Of a stretch of DNA of 64,000 bases, positions 12,201-24,200 are shown one piece after another. The stretch comes from Phoronis australis (taxonomy: Eukaryota; Animalia; Phoronida). Positions within the stretch are counted from its first letter, which is position 1, and each line of letters opens with the position of its first letter. The DNA lies in the NCBI GenBank assembly GCA_002633005.1, contig NMRA01000007.1, positions 304,465-368,464 on the forward strand, given 5' to 3'. A model generated the notes under the pieces. It saw only the letters and a list, made by a program, of their open reading frames with translations, had not been told where the DNA came from and ran no database searches. Both the position numbers and the translations under genes were made by a program.

Positions 12201-13202
12201 TCTTGAAACTGCTTAGTAAAGTTAGAGACGATTTCTGGCTGTGAAAATAGCTGACCTTTTGTTATTGCTCGAGACCAGACTGTACAAAATGGCTTGTGAC
12301 GTTGGGTCATTATATTCCAAGCCTGGTCTCAAATAATAAAGTTCAAGTTTTTTCCAAACCAAGAAACCACTTCTCATCCGAGGCGGAACAATTTGATATC
12401 GATAACGTAACTGTAAGCGATCTAGAAAAAAAATTAGATTCTTTAAGCAGAATGCAGTTTATAGCCACTTTGTGTTACTGTTACTTAAACAGCTAAAGAC
12501 AAAGTACCCAGTTCCAAGGTCACATAAAAAGTTATTTCTAACATAACTGTCCAGCTAAGTCAATTATGACTTAGATTTTTGGTCTTGAAACATGCAACAC
12601 ACATATTAGTTGTCTGAATAGACTTGGTACTTGCTTTGGTTTTCTGAGCAAAAATTAACCAAAACCGTAAGTCTACCAGGGATTGGAATGACCAATGACA
12701 AAAAAGAGGAAAACTTTCCAGGTGATGTATCGTACCACAAATAAATAGCTTTGTGTGAAAGAAATATTTTTTATATTGTAAAATTTAACTGAAATGAATG
12801 TAGTCAAAATAATGATAAAAGAGACAAAAAAGAGAAACTGGAAATCAAATAAGAGGAAATTGAAACAAAACCAAAAAAGAGGAAATTGAAACCAAAAAAA
12901 GGAAATTCTCTTAAAAGAGGAAAATTCCAAGCCCTGGTCTACAAACAAACTGTTTACAAACTGTCACCAGACGAAATTTTGGCAGATTAATAAATTGGAC
13001 GTGACACTGGCACTACATGTGCAACTGACTAATTTAAAACAAAATGAGCAAACATGTTCTAACCCTCTGATAAATAGTTAAACACTTTTCTAGGAATATA
13101 TTAACTGTGCGAGCGACACGGTTTGATGGCATGTCAAGGGATAATATCTGTCCAGACCACTAGCAGTAGTTCTCGTTTCACATCTAACGTTAACAACCTC
13201 CA

Positions 13203-16200
13203 CTAGATTGGCTTATAAAGCAGAGTGGTGACGTACTTCTTTCTGTATCGATGTGTTGCGCTTAGTACCATTACACCGTCCTATGAATGGAAAATGTATT
13301 ATTTTAAATGCGAACATGGAATACTTTCTAGAACAAAAACCAATCCTAAATTTGCCTGCACCTCAGAAAGTCCTTGGCACGTGAATGCCTTGGTCATTTT
13401 TTGCATGAACTAAAAATTATGTTTGCCCTAAAACTCCTATAAAATTGGATCCAACCTGACCCAGAAATTTTATAACAGTTAAGAGATATCTCACCTAAGT
13501 AAAGGGCTGAGTGTAAGAACTGCAAGGCGTACTACAGAACTTTGTCCAGGTTGGGCGAACATTACTTGCATGAGTCTGACTCAAGCAAGTTAATATAATG
13601 TGTATTTACTCATAGACTGTATTCACACACAATGACCATCTTTATTAACAAGTTTAATGGACTGTGTGTCAGTAAAAATAGAAGATTGTGAAAACTGTCT
13701 AAGCCATCACCAGGCAACAACCTTTGGTAAAACAGGCTCCACGAGACTCAACGCAAACATTCACTTAAAGAAACAATTTCTTATTTAATATTTTTTCATT
13801 TCAACAGTACGAACAAGAGTAATGCGGGTTGAGAATTCTCTTACCTAGCTTAAAATCACTTGATAGTTGAAAACAGGCAAAGTATATCATCAGTCTCGAA
13901 GCTTTTTTAAAATGCAGAAAACACGATACAAACTTATAATAATAAATTGTGCTGAGCTTTCAAATGGAAAAATCAAAATAGCACTCACCTTTATTGATAG
14001 TGCATACAAGTGATTCAACATGACGTGATTTGGTTCAGGCAGAAGGGTAGGTTCACACTGCAGATGAAATAAGAAATGTCCCATTAGTCCACTGTAACTG
14101 AAGTAATATCACGCACAACAATGACAACACAAAAGAAGACCTGACCGTCACAAAACACTTTGCAATGAGAAAATCGAAAACAAAAAACGTTCACTGTCTC
14201 ACAACACAACGTCCATCTAGTATTATTTGAATGAATCCAGGTGCAAAAATCATGTCAGGTAGAGCTTGGTCGCATAAGAGTTCCCCGATACCAACTTCCA
14301 AAGGGAAAAACGCGTCACCCCTTGAGAAAGTCAAGTCCATGAAAACGGTTCGCACAACACATGTTTGTATCTTGTTAGTAGTTTGGGGATTCTCCAATAA
14401 TTTAACACACTCAGCTCATAACACATCCCTAATATTATTTGGAAAAATAATACTTTGTCCTCACTTATTTCGCATGAGGTTACATGGTCGTAATTTCCTG
14501 TCTCACCTAATTCGCACATAGCAAGTTTCCAAGCAAAGCAGTATGGTTAATCCTTTTTGACTGCGTTAATAAGGTCTCATCACTGTTTATTCACCACTTC
14601 ATCCATCCATCCATTCATATGGGATACATCATAGTGTTGCAAGCACGCGGTGATAGGGTTTATTGGCAATGCTCAGTTAATTTCGCACACTCGCCAACAA
14701 CAAAGGCCGTATATTCAGTTCATTTTACACATTCTGACTTAGGAAAAATATATTCAATTTTTTGTGGGAAATAAGGGGACAATTACAGTTACTTGGGTAG
14801 CACTTAATTCGTAATCTCACTTCCCATCTAATGAATGACTTCCACGCTTAATGCATATTGATAGGATTCTATTTACACCACACGCACTTATACCCCTATA
14901 TTGAACATGTGTCCACAATTGGCTAGATCAGGGTGTGACATTGAAACACAAAACAGTACACGACAAAAGTAATTGAATAAAATAGTTCTTCCGTTACGAT
15001 GGCTAATTCTGTTAACTGTCATGGTGACGAAAATCTAATTACAGAATGGCTTAGAAAACATTTTCTGTGCAAAAAGTGAGATAATACAAGTCTTCCTGAG
15101 ACAACAGTCATGCATTACCAGCACAGCATGTGGTCAGACTGGATTCACTCGCCCATGCCTACTGTCTTTAGAATACACCCCAGATGTCACTAGTAGTACT
15201 CACACAGACACACAACTGTTACTCACATTAATGGCTGTGTCCTTATTCAGAATAACCTGGAGTAGCTGTGGCGGTAGGAGGGGCGGGGCCGAGTGCTTCT
15301 CTTGTGTCTTGCGGACAGGCACTTCCTGAGAGTACTCCCCAGGTGGCGAACCTGATAGGGTAGTGGATGTGGTTGTACCTGCAGGGTCAAAGGTCAAAGC
15401 TATGTGAAGGCATCTTGGGTAAATTTTATTTTCTTGTATTGTGACTTTTCATGTTCAGTAACAAACATTTTGGCTCCGAGCAAATGAACAAAAACTGCGT
15501 CATTTGAACTTCTATGCACTGGCTTTCTGTAAGAAAAAATCTTAGCATTACAATACTGGTTTCAACTTGTTTCTCACTAGTTAGGACATTGCCCCTAAGT
15601 ACAGGGAGTGTCTGTTACCAAGTTTCAGGGTGTATATTTGAACAAGGACAAATTATTTTTCAACCTTTTAGTACCCAAAATATAACCAGGGCTTACTTTT
15701 GGAAAAAGCAGGGTTCCAAACATATGATTTTTTATTTTTAAATCATACCAATCTGCCATTCATTGGGTCACGTGACCATGTCTTTTAAGTAAAGCTTAAG
15801 AAAAAAGAAAGACAAATTCATAACAAAGACAGGGTATCAATAACACGACCAAATTTTGTTTCATAACATGTTCAAGACAGAATCCCCAAAACATTAAATA
15901 ACCCTTTTGTTTTTAAGCAACTTTTGAATTTTAATAAAAATTTTGGAAGTTTTCAATAGCCTCTCGTTCCAAAGTGGAACAATTCAAAAACAATTCCTAG
16001 CAGCACTTTAGAGAGCAGTATATAAACTGTGGTACCCAAAAGTTTCAACTGAACTCAATCCATTTCTAAAATATTCTTTGTTTCAAAATAAGACAAATTT
16101 GGACAGTCATTTTTCTGTGGTCCCACACCACCTTGAAGGGGTACACAGACCATGTACTGCACCGCTTGAGGACAAAAATACTCTAATCTCGCTTACCTGC

Positions 16201-19197
16201 CAAGCTTCTTTGTTGGCCCACCGCAATACTATCCTTCTCCAAAGCGTCAAAGACTTCAAAGTCGGACTTCTCTACCTTGACTACATTATTCACCGTGCCT
16301 ATGTCACTACTGTGAGTTGGCTGGAAAGTACGTAACTTCAACTGAAAGAGTCTATACATTTTCTCGGTGATGTTGAACGAAAGGCGAAGATCACAACACT
16401 ACCTTTGTGTAATAACGGTAACTGTCAACTTCCGTTATGTCCTCTCACTTCCATTATCACCAAATATTTTTTAAAACTTCCACACAATCAAAATATATAG
16501 CCTCAATATGGGAAAACATCTAGTAGCTTAAAGCAGCACAAAAAAATTTACAATGACGAGACTTTTATCACAAATTCACAAAAATATTACATACTGCAGG
16601 CGTCTGTGTTTGAGTCGAAGGGAAACGCGTAGCAAGGTGAGCCTGACATCTGAATTGATTCAAATAAAGGAGATATTAGCCACCAATTGATAATTCAATG
16701 ATTTCAAGCGTGACCATGATATCATGCAAATATTCTAGCGCCCTACCTCATCATGGTTCACTTGCCACTGACCGTCGACAAAGAACTTGTACTGGTGTTC
16801 ACCCGTAGGCAAGTCTATTATGGTGTAGAAATCTCCATGACTACAACAGACAGCAAAAACACGAGTCAACTTTGGCAAACATGCAACTAATAGAACTGTA
16901 CTCCTTTCATGGTCCGGCACCATGTGACCTGAAAATGAAAGGATTGCTCACTTTTTTAATTAATTTAACCAACATTGGCCGGTTATAGTCCATAAGGATT
17001 TTGCTTCCAGAAGTTTGACTTAAAAATCCATCACAAAGACCACCACACACAATCCTAAGAGTTTTATCAGTCTTTGTCTCATATCCATTCTCTTCTTAAG
17101 TTCCACCAAAATCTATAAACTTAAATTACCTTAAACATTGCTAACTGACACAACACACATGCGTGCACAGATGAGTGCACAGTCACGGAATCAAGACATC
17201 CACTGGTTGGACAGCAACACTGACAAATACCAGACATGACAAATACCAGACATTTTCTACTTTAAGATATGTAGGACCCTAGAAAAAAGTCTAAATTTGA
17301 CTAACTCCAACTTTTGCATGAAGGGCCACTAAAAATAGGACTTTTATGACTTTCTTGAAAAATTCAAAGTAGCATCAAACAAAAACGAAATGATATTTTA
17401 GAAAAATAACTTGACAGCATTTTTGAGATCTGATCTTGAATATTTATGGCAGATAAAATTTCATCATGTTATTGACACCATTGTTTTGCTATCAGTGTAC
17501 AATATCTTTCTTTTTTCCTAAATTTTTGTAAAAAAGTACATATCATCCAGTGAATGGCAGATTTGTAAAAAGTGAAAAATCAAACTCTTTAGAAAGTATA
17601 TGTGCTTTTACTGAATAAAAAGCTATAATTTTTATGGCTAAATAAGGTAACCTTAACTACCTAAGCCAAAACAATTGAATTTAAACAAAGAAAAGTTAAG
17701 CATTTCCCACAAGGGAATTACAAAGTTACATAATAACAGATTATCATTTCAACTGACTTTTTCTTATTAAAATGACATAAGCAAAAATTCATTTTCGAGC
17801 CTTAGAAGTGGCCGCCCTATATCAATAAAGGGGCGCCCAATTTTTATACTCGAAAATGGATTTCATGCCTATGTCACTTTAATAAGAATAAGTCATTTTA
17901 AAAAATAAACTGTTATATTCAGATGCCAGATACCTTTTCACCATGGGTATTTTTGTTTTCCAGTTGTTGAAGCTACCCGAGAGCAAGACTTCCTTGCCAC
18001 CGCCCTCCCACTTGAACACAGTGGGTAATTTCTGTGTATAGTTGGGCTCCATAGGTACGGGTCGTCCCGAGCTAAGAGACTGGGCTCTCAGACGCCCGTG
18101 AGGTTCTAAACGATCCACCAGCTGGCCCTGGAAAATCACAGCATAGTTTGTGTTCGCAAAGTTTTTATCAGTGTAACCGATGCTCAACCATCTTGCTTTG
18201 CGTCAACTGTCAACTAAAATGCAAACTGGTGTCAAGAAAATCATCTCAATTGACCATCCGAATTCAGACTAGTTGGGACATCCCTAATATGATTACATGC
18301 ATGTGAAAAACAATTTGTATCTTAACATCATTTCTGAACAGTATGTTTTCTAACACAATTTGAGGTGTGTCTAAGTTATTATCTGCACAACATATTTTCG
18401 GCACTGGTCCGATATAGTGGTCCCTGATTTAGAGAACCAGGCAATCACTGAATACCAGTCCCGTTATTTAGTGGATGAAACTGGTTCTCTAAATCAGGGA
18501 CCGCTATATTCGACCAGTGCCCATATTTTCAGTAAAGTTCCCACAGAAGAAGCATGTCACTAGTTTTACAACCGAAAGAGAAGCTGCTGCTACTAACTGA
18601 TATTTTCACACATTTCACACACAGCACATTTCTGAATGTCTCTAAGCATTCCGGTTCACTTGAATGATGTCAATTAATAATTTACAAGTTGTAAACTGTA
18701 AGTCATCAAGAAGGTACCAGTTGTCGTAATGTTTGGACATCACGGTCCCTGATTTTAGAATTCATAACTAATGAGGATTATTCACCAGTTGCCATATTTA
18801 AATTCAGCCTCTGCTACTTATTACATCACTGTAGGTCAGAAACAATGTCAAACAGAAGTCCCCGATACAGAAGCAGTTTCATTCACTGGTTAACGGGTCC
18901 GTTATTTAACGATTGCCTGTTTTCTATATCAGGGGCCACCATATCTGACCAGTGCATTTGCTATCAGTTGCACTAAAAAGTTCTAAGACAGATTCAAAAT
19001 GGGGACACGTTTCTATTAACAAATTCTAACTGACATACCCTGAAAGTTCCGGCCTCGAAATCAGCACTGTCATCTAAACTTGGTTGCACATAAAGTGGTG
19101 GTTTCTTATTAGGAACGCCATAATATTCATTGCCAGGTAACATATTTGTTGAAGAATCGCCTGAATTATGCCGCTTCCCTCCTGTAGTATTACCCAT
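13203..19197 (-). CDS. PRKAB: 5'-AMP-activated protein kinase beta subunit, 7 coding exons, ~289 aa
   Basis: Exons (minus) 19197-19039, 18127-17934, 16840-16747, 16320-16197, 15378-15227, 14057-13989, 13280-13203; 870 nt total, phases consistent. MGNTT myristoylation start; carbohydrate-binding module PTVFKWEGGGKEVLLSGSFNNW...KSHGDFYTIIDLPTGEHQYKFFVDGQW; LSGSPPGEY; C-terminal LLQVILNKD...CEPTLLPEPNHVMLNHLYALSIKDGVMVLSATHRYRKKYVTTLLYKPI*. Confidence 0.97.
18400..18521. mobile_element. Fold-back MITE with 9-bp target-site duplication (Mutator-like)
   Basis: TIR GGCACTGGTCCGATATAGTGGTCCCTGATTTAGAGAACCAG / CTGGTTCTCTAAATCAGGGACCGCTATATTCGACCAGTGCC, flanked by direct repeat CATATTTTC (18391-18399, 18522-18530). 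Related degenerate copies at ~18718-18957 and ~48584-48642. Confidence 0.8.
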
Positions 19198-19199
19198 GG

Positions 19200-19620
19200 T
19201 TGCACTTCAACTGTTCGCCAGTCAAAGGAAAACACGAACGAACGAAAGTTGTTTACTTTGTTGCAAAAGAAGACCAGTTTCTCAAGTCACGTGCGCCAAC
19301 GTCGTCGCTTTAAGTCTTTTTAGAGGCAAACGAGTCACTTAAAGAATGCTTAAGTCATTGACCGACACACTTAATGCACATTTGTAAAATATTTGACACA
19401 CATTTAACATATTAATCGATTTTCAAGGAACAATACAACGTCAACTTGTCTTGTTTTCAATCTTCGCAGAAAAACAGGAAATCTCACTTTGCACATGCGC
19501 AATCTTTGTTGTACAACTAACGGCACCAAGCGACAATGCATCAGATCATGTGACTTGGAACGGAAGATGTCAGGTTATTGAAAATTTCAAGTTCCCTGTA
19601 ATTGTTAATTGTGCAATGTT
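19200..19620. promoter_or_regulatory. Divergent (bidirectional) promoter region of PRKAB and TECPR2
   Basis: Lies between the PRKAB ATG (19197, -) and TECPR2 (+), whose ATG sits 1 nt after an acceptor and so needs an upstream non-coding exon. CpG-richer than its flanks, with GTCACGTG 19286-19293, NRF1-like GCACATGCGC 19491-19500, ATCATGTGACT 19545-19555 and ETS-like CGGAAG ~19561. Confidence 0.6.
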
Positions 19621-21203
19621 GTTGTTCTTGAATTTGCATTTTGTGGCGTTCGTCAGTGGTGAAGTGACGAAAGAGATGTTAAAATATACTTTCATTTCAT
19701 TTCGACTACTATCAGCTAAAGTACTAGTGTCTATGCCAAGGCAAGACGAAACCTTCAGTAAAAAAAGCCAATTGTCTTTTTGCTATGTAGTATGTAAACT
19801 CTAGTGGGAACCAATATGGTTCCTGGGGTTAGCCTATATGTCTGCCGAGTGTACAGTACTGCAGTCAAAAGCTCCACTTAAGGGAAATATAAAATTCATA
19901 TCATAATTTTAATTACTTTGATTAAAATTATCATGAATTAAAAGTGAAGCTAGCAAGTAAAATATAAAATAGAGTCTTTTTTGTTTTTTGTATTTGTTGG
20001 ATTATCAATACTGTTCCAGGCATTCCATAAATGCACTAACTCTTTTGAACAATGGAAATTTCATGAATAAGTCCATGCAGCAGAACAGTCTGGCGAACGT
20101 GCGACGGTGCTAAAAATGTTCATACAAAAGTCTTTCTGTAGCGATCAATCGTTATGTATATGCTAACGGTTTGTAGTGTATGTGAACTGTATAAACTGAT
20201 TAAAATCAGTTTATTTTACTGACAAAGTTGTAAATCACACATTGACCTATGAAATAACACTGAACATTTTATTGGGTGAATAGTAAAAATACGCTTACTT
20301 GGCAGTCTTTGTCAGGCAAATAGTCACTTTTGTTCTTCTGCATTGAATATTGCCTTGATGACTTTGTCATCAGTTTCCTGGTTCTGAGGAAGTGACGCCT
20401 GTCTCTTTGTCTTGGCAGTGAAGGAAGTATATTGTGTCTGTCAGGATGAATATAATTTCAGTTAAGGAAAACATGTATCTGTTTTTGTTGTTGAAAATCG
20501 TATTCTGGATAACAAGTCTTCCTGTAGAGCATATTGTATTAGCTTTTTGGCAAAAAATGATTTGTGCTTGGTACCATTAAAAAATATGTGTATTTAATCA
20601 ACTTGTTCCTTACTCGAATTATTGTCATAAAATCGTGCCATTTTAATATATAAATATGGCAGAAAAATGAAATTTAATCTTTTATATTTTTTCTAAAAAG
20701 ACAAGTGAAAAAAGACCAAACTTGGAAATAATTTTTGTAAAAAAATTGGTGAGTTTTATGGCTTAGTCTTGATTTGTGGGCCTGCTTCTGCAAGTGTGCT
20801 TGTTCCTGTAAGTCACTTTATGAGCTACAGATGGCTTCTAGCAATAGCTATCAGTTCTTCCGTAGACCATAAGGCAGTTCCAGCTGGAGTGAAGGCAGTT
20901 ATGTAACAATAGCAGGCTACCCGAACAAGACGGGACACAGACTTGTGAACACGGCTTGCGGCCCTGTATACCCTGCTCATTGATTTACAAACACAGCCCT
21001 GCGCTCATAAAACAAGGTTTACGCATGTACACAGAAATGCGACTCTCTAGCTGACTTATATAATTAAGAATCTCGTGTCAGGGAAGAGTGCATAGGCTGT
21101 GTTTACAAGATTGCGAGCTGTGTTTGTATCATTTTTCAAGTAGGCACAGTTTTCATTTTGTTGATTATGCCTAATGATAGTCTATTCAATATCTTTTTCC
21201 AGA

Positions 21204-24200
21204 ATGACTAGTCCAGAAGCAGAGCAGCTGAAAGAGTTTGAACCCTTAACACAATTACTTTCCAATATACCAACCAGAGGACAGAGAGGTTTTTATACTT
21301 ACGACTTAGAGTTAACTTGCATTGATGTGTCACAGGATTTCATTGTTCTTGGATCCAATGCAGGAACTGTGTTCTTGTACCACAGAGGAAAGGGAACCAC
21401 GCAAAGACTTCACTGTGAGGTATGAGTTCTGTTTGTTGCCTGCAACAGTTTTGACTACGGTATAGATCGCAAATATTGCGTTGAAGGTGCGCCATCTAGA
21501 CATCTAGGAGACGTCTCTGGACAGCTGATGTATTATCTCCAGGTAACTGGGGTGCTGCTCAACCTTGTTGTCTTTTCGACATTTGTCGGGGCACTGCCTT
21601 GTTACTGCGAGCTTGAAAAAATACTGCACTTTTTGTACTTTTTGAGTTTCGCTATTTAAAAAATTGGGAAAGTTCTAAATGAGGGAGTGGGCTTTTAGCC
21701 AAACTTGGGCCTTTAAGAACAAAAATTTTGAGAATTCAGACGTGAGCACTTCCTGGAGCGATTAAGCTACATTTATGTTTGACTTGACGTGCTGACGTAA
21801 CTGATGTTCCAACAGCTGATTGTTATTACAATTTATCAAGACTTAGTGTAGTTACAGTAAAATGTTCTAATTACAATTTATCAAGACTTAGTGTAGTTAC
21901 AGTAAAATGTTCTAATTACAATTTATCAAGACTTAGTGTAGTTACAGTAAGATGTTCTTATTACAATCAGTCAAGTGTAATTTTACTGTTACAGTAACAT
22001 GTTCTAAGACATGTTGCATCACAAAGCGCTCTCCTGCTTGTATGAGAAGCCATACAAAGACGGAAGATCAAATTTCGAGCATCATGCAACATTTCATTGT
22101 GAGAGCATGAAATGATTTTTGGCTCGACTCGATTTCAAATTCTGGTGTGTGAGACTGACTGAGTCAAGAAAGACGAAATATCATTTTATTTCATTCAGGC
22201 ATTTACTTTTTGAGATTTTGGATTATTTTGCGTGAATCATTTGATTACGCCACACCATAAAAGTTGTAATTTCAGCAATATGATAATTGAAAGAATTAAT
22301 CTCATAACATTTATGGTAAAATCTCGCCAATTTCGGACAAAAATAATTACCAAAATTGCTCTTTTTCAGTTTTCAAGTGCTTCTAATATTGTTTTGAAAA
22401 GTCTTTTTTTTCAAAACATCTCGTAGTGGCTCCGATATAGCATCAGTTTAGTGCGATATATCTTTTAAGGGGAAAATGATGGTGAGATTTTACCACAATC
22501 TTCATTCAAAATGAGGATGAACTGTACTTAAATGCCGTCTAGCGACATAGCTTATCTCATTGTGTGGTGGCCATATTAGAAAGCCTCTGTACCGTGTGCT
22601 GTCATTTTTATGCACTTGTTTGTTTTTTGCAGCCTAAACACAAGACCGTCACGTGTGTGAAGGTTCAACAATGTCTTGACGACCTGATAGCTGCTGGTCT
22701 TCAGTCAGGAGATGTCTGTGTGTTCCAGCTACCTTCTGACCTTCCTGGAAGGTCTAGACACGTAAGATTAACTTCCTTGCACTAAAAGTATTCAGTTCTC
22801 ATATCTATGCGTTCTGATTTATCATTCTTCACATTTACCCAGAAGGTGCACACAAACGGAGCACGTGTACTGTAGAATGTTTTCCTGTTAAAAATCGTTT
22901 TGGTTGGTACTTTCGATGCATGTGTGAACTCCTTACACTTTTACAACCAATGCCATCTATTGTCTTGCTTTTTGCTTTTTATATCCTACAACAATTCATT
23001 TCCTAAATGCAAACTTTAATTAATAATTATAATTGATAACTCTTGTGCACCTGATTAACATCAGCCACAAACGTATTGATAACGATGACCTTCTTCAAGA
23101 ACTGATTGAGTGGTCCATTACAAAAGTGCATCGCTTAGTTTCAACTCCAAACCACAACTGTTTCCAAATCCAGTTATTAAGCTTGTCATTGTTAAGTATT
23201 CTTATATTTCTTTTGCACTGCATCTGGACCCAGACTCCAATTATCAACCATACATTGAGCCTGTCTGTGGATTGAAATAATAGTTCAACGTCAAATGAAA
23301 TTGTTTATGGCTTATTTTTAATTCAGTTTCAGAAGCAAACGGTCAGTCATAAAAATTCAGTAGTTTCAGTACATTATATTGCAATTGATTTCATGCTGTC
23401 TTTTACTGCTGTAAAGCCATTGCTAACGTGGTAATTTTCCTGTTTCACATAAATCAATGTTCATGATAAGGTGATGTGATGATGCCAGTGGTTCTTGTAC
23501 AAATCTATTGACAAAGTACACGGGTGGAGCTTCTAATGAAAGATAACACTATGTTGCCACTCGTGGCATGTGCACATAACAGCCTAACAGAATTTGTTGA
23601 ATACACGACACTTTTCATTTTTCACGGTCTTTATTCCATTGCGTTCATACTTTCTGAACAAAACTCTACTCTCTACTGAACATAGATATCGTGTGTCTTT
23701 TTAATTATGTCGCTAGGTCAGTTACTGTATCTATGTTCAGTAGAGAGTAGAGTTTTGTTCAGAAAGTATGAACGCAATGGAATAAAGACCGTGAAAAATG
23801 AAAAGTGTCGTGTATTCAACAAATTCTGTATAACAGAAAACTTGCTCCCGAAGTACAGTCATAACAGCCTAACTAAACCTCTTATTTTAATGACGTACAT
23901 ACTACTAAGGTATGAACAGAGAGGCCTAATTCATTCATGTGCTTAGATTACTAGTCATCTGTAATACATGATGCCATAGAAAACAAAAGCTGGCAAATGT
24001 TTGAGTAACAGTCTGATGTAAGGTGTCTGCATTTTGAGAACCTGCTTTCTCCACTCAGTAATGGGCATCAACTGTTTCTCAAAGTGCGGGCACGTGATAT
24101 CAGTCCGTTGCCATTGTTTGCTATTGCGTTGAGTTGTTGGCTAGCAATTTCCATTGTGCTGACGTTTTAACGGGTTTGCTAACTTGAATCTGGGGTTGGT

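Noticed and set aside
15255-15275. PPQLLQ instead of PPHLLQ in AMPK beta
   Set aside because: It is a single substitution; the His of PEPNHV and the CBM Trp/Ser108-equivalent residues are intact.
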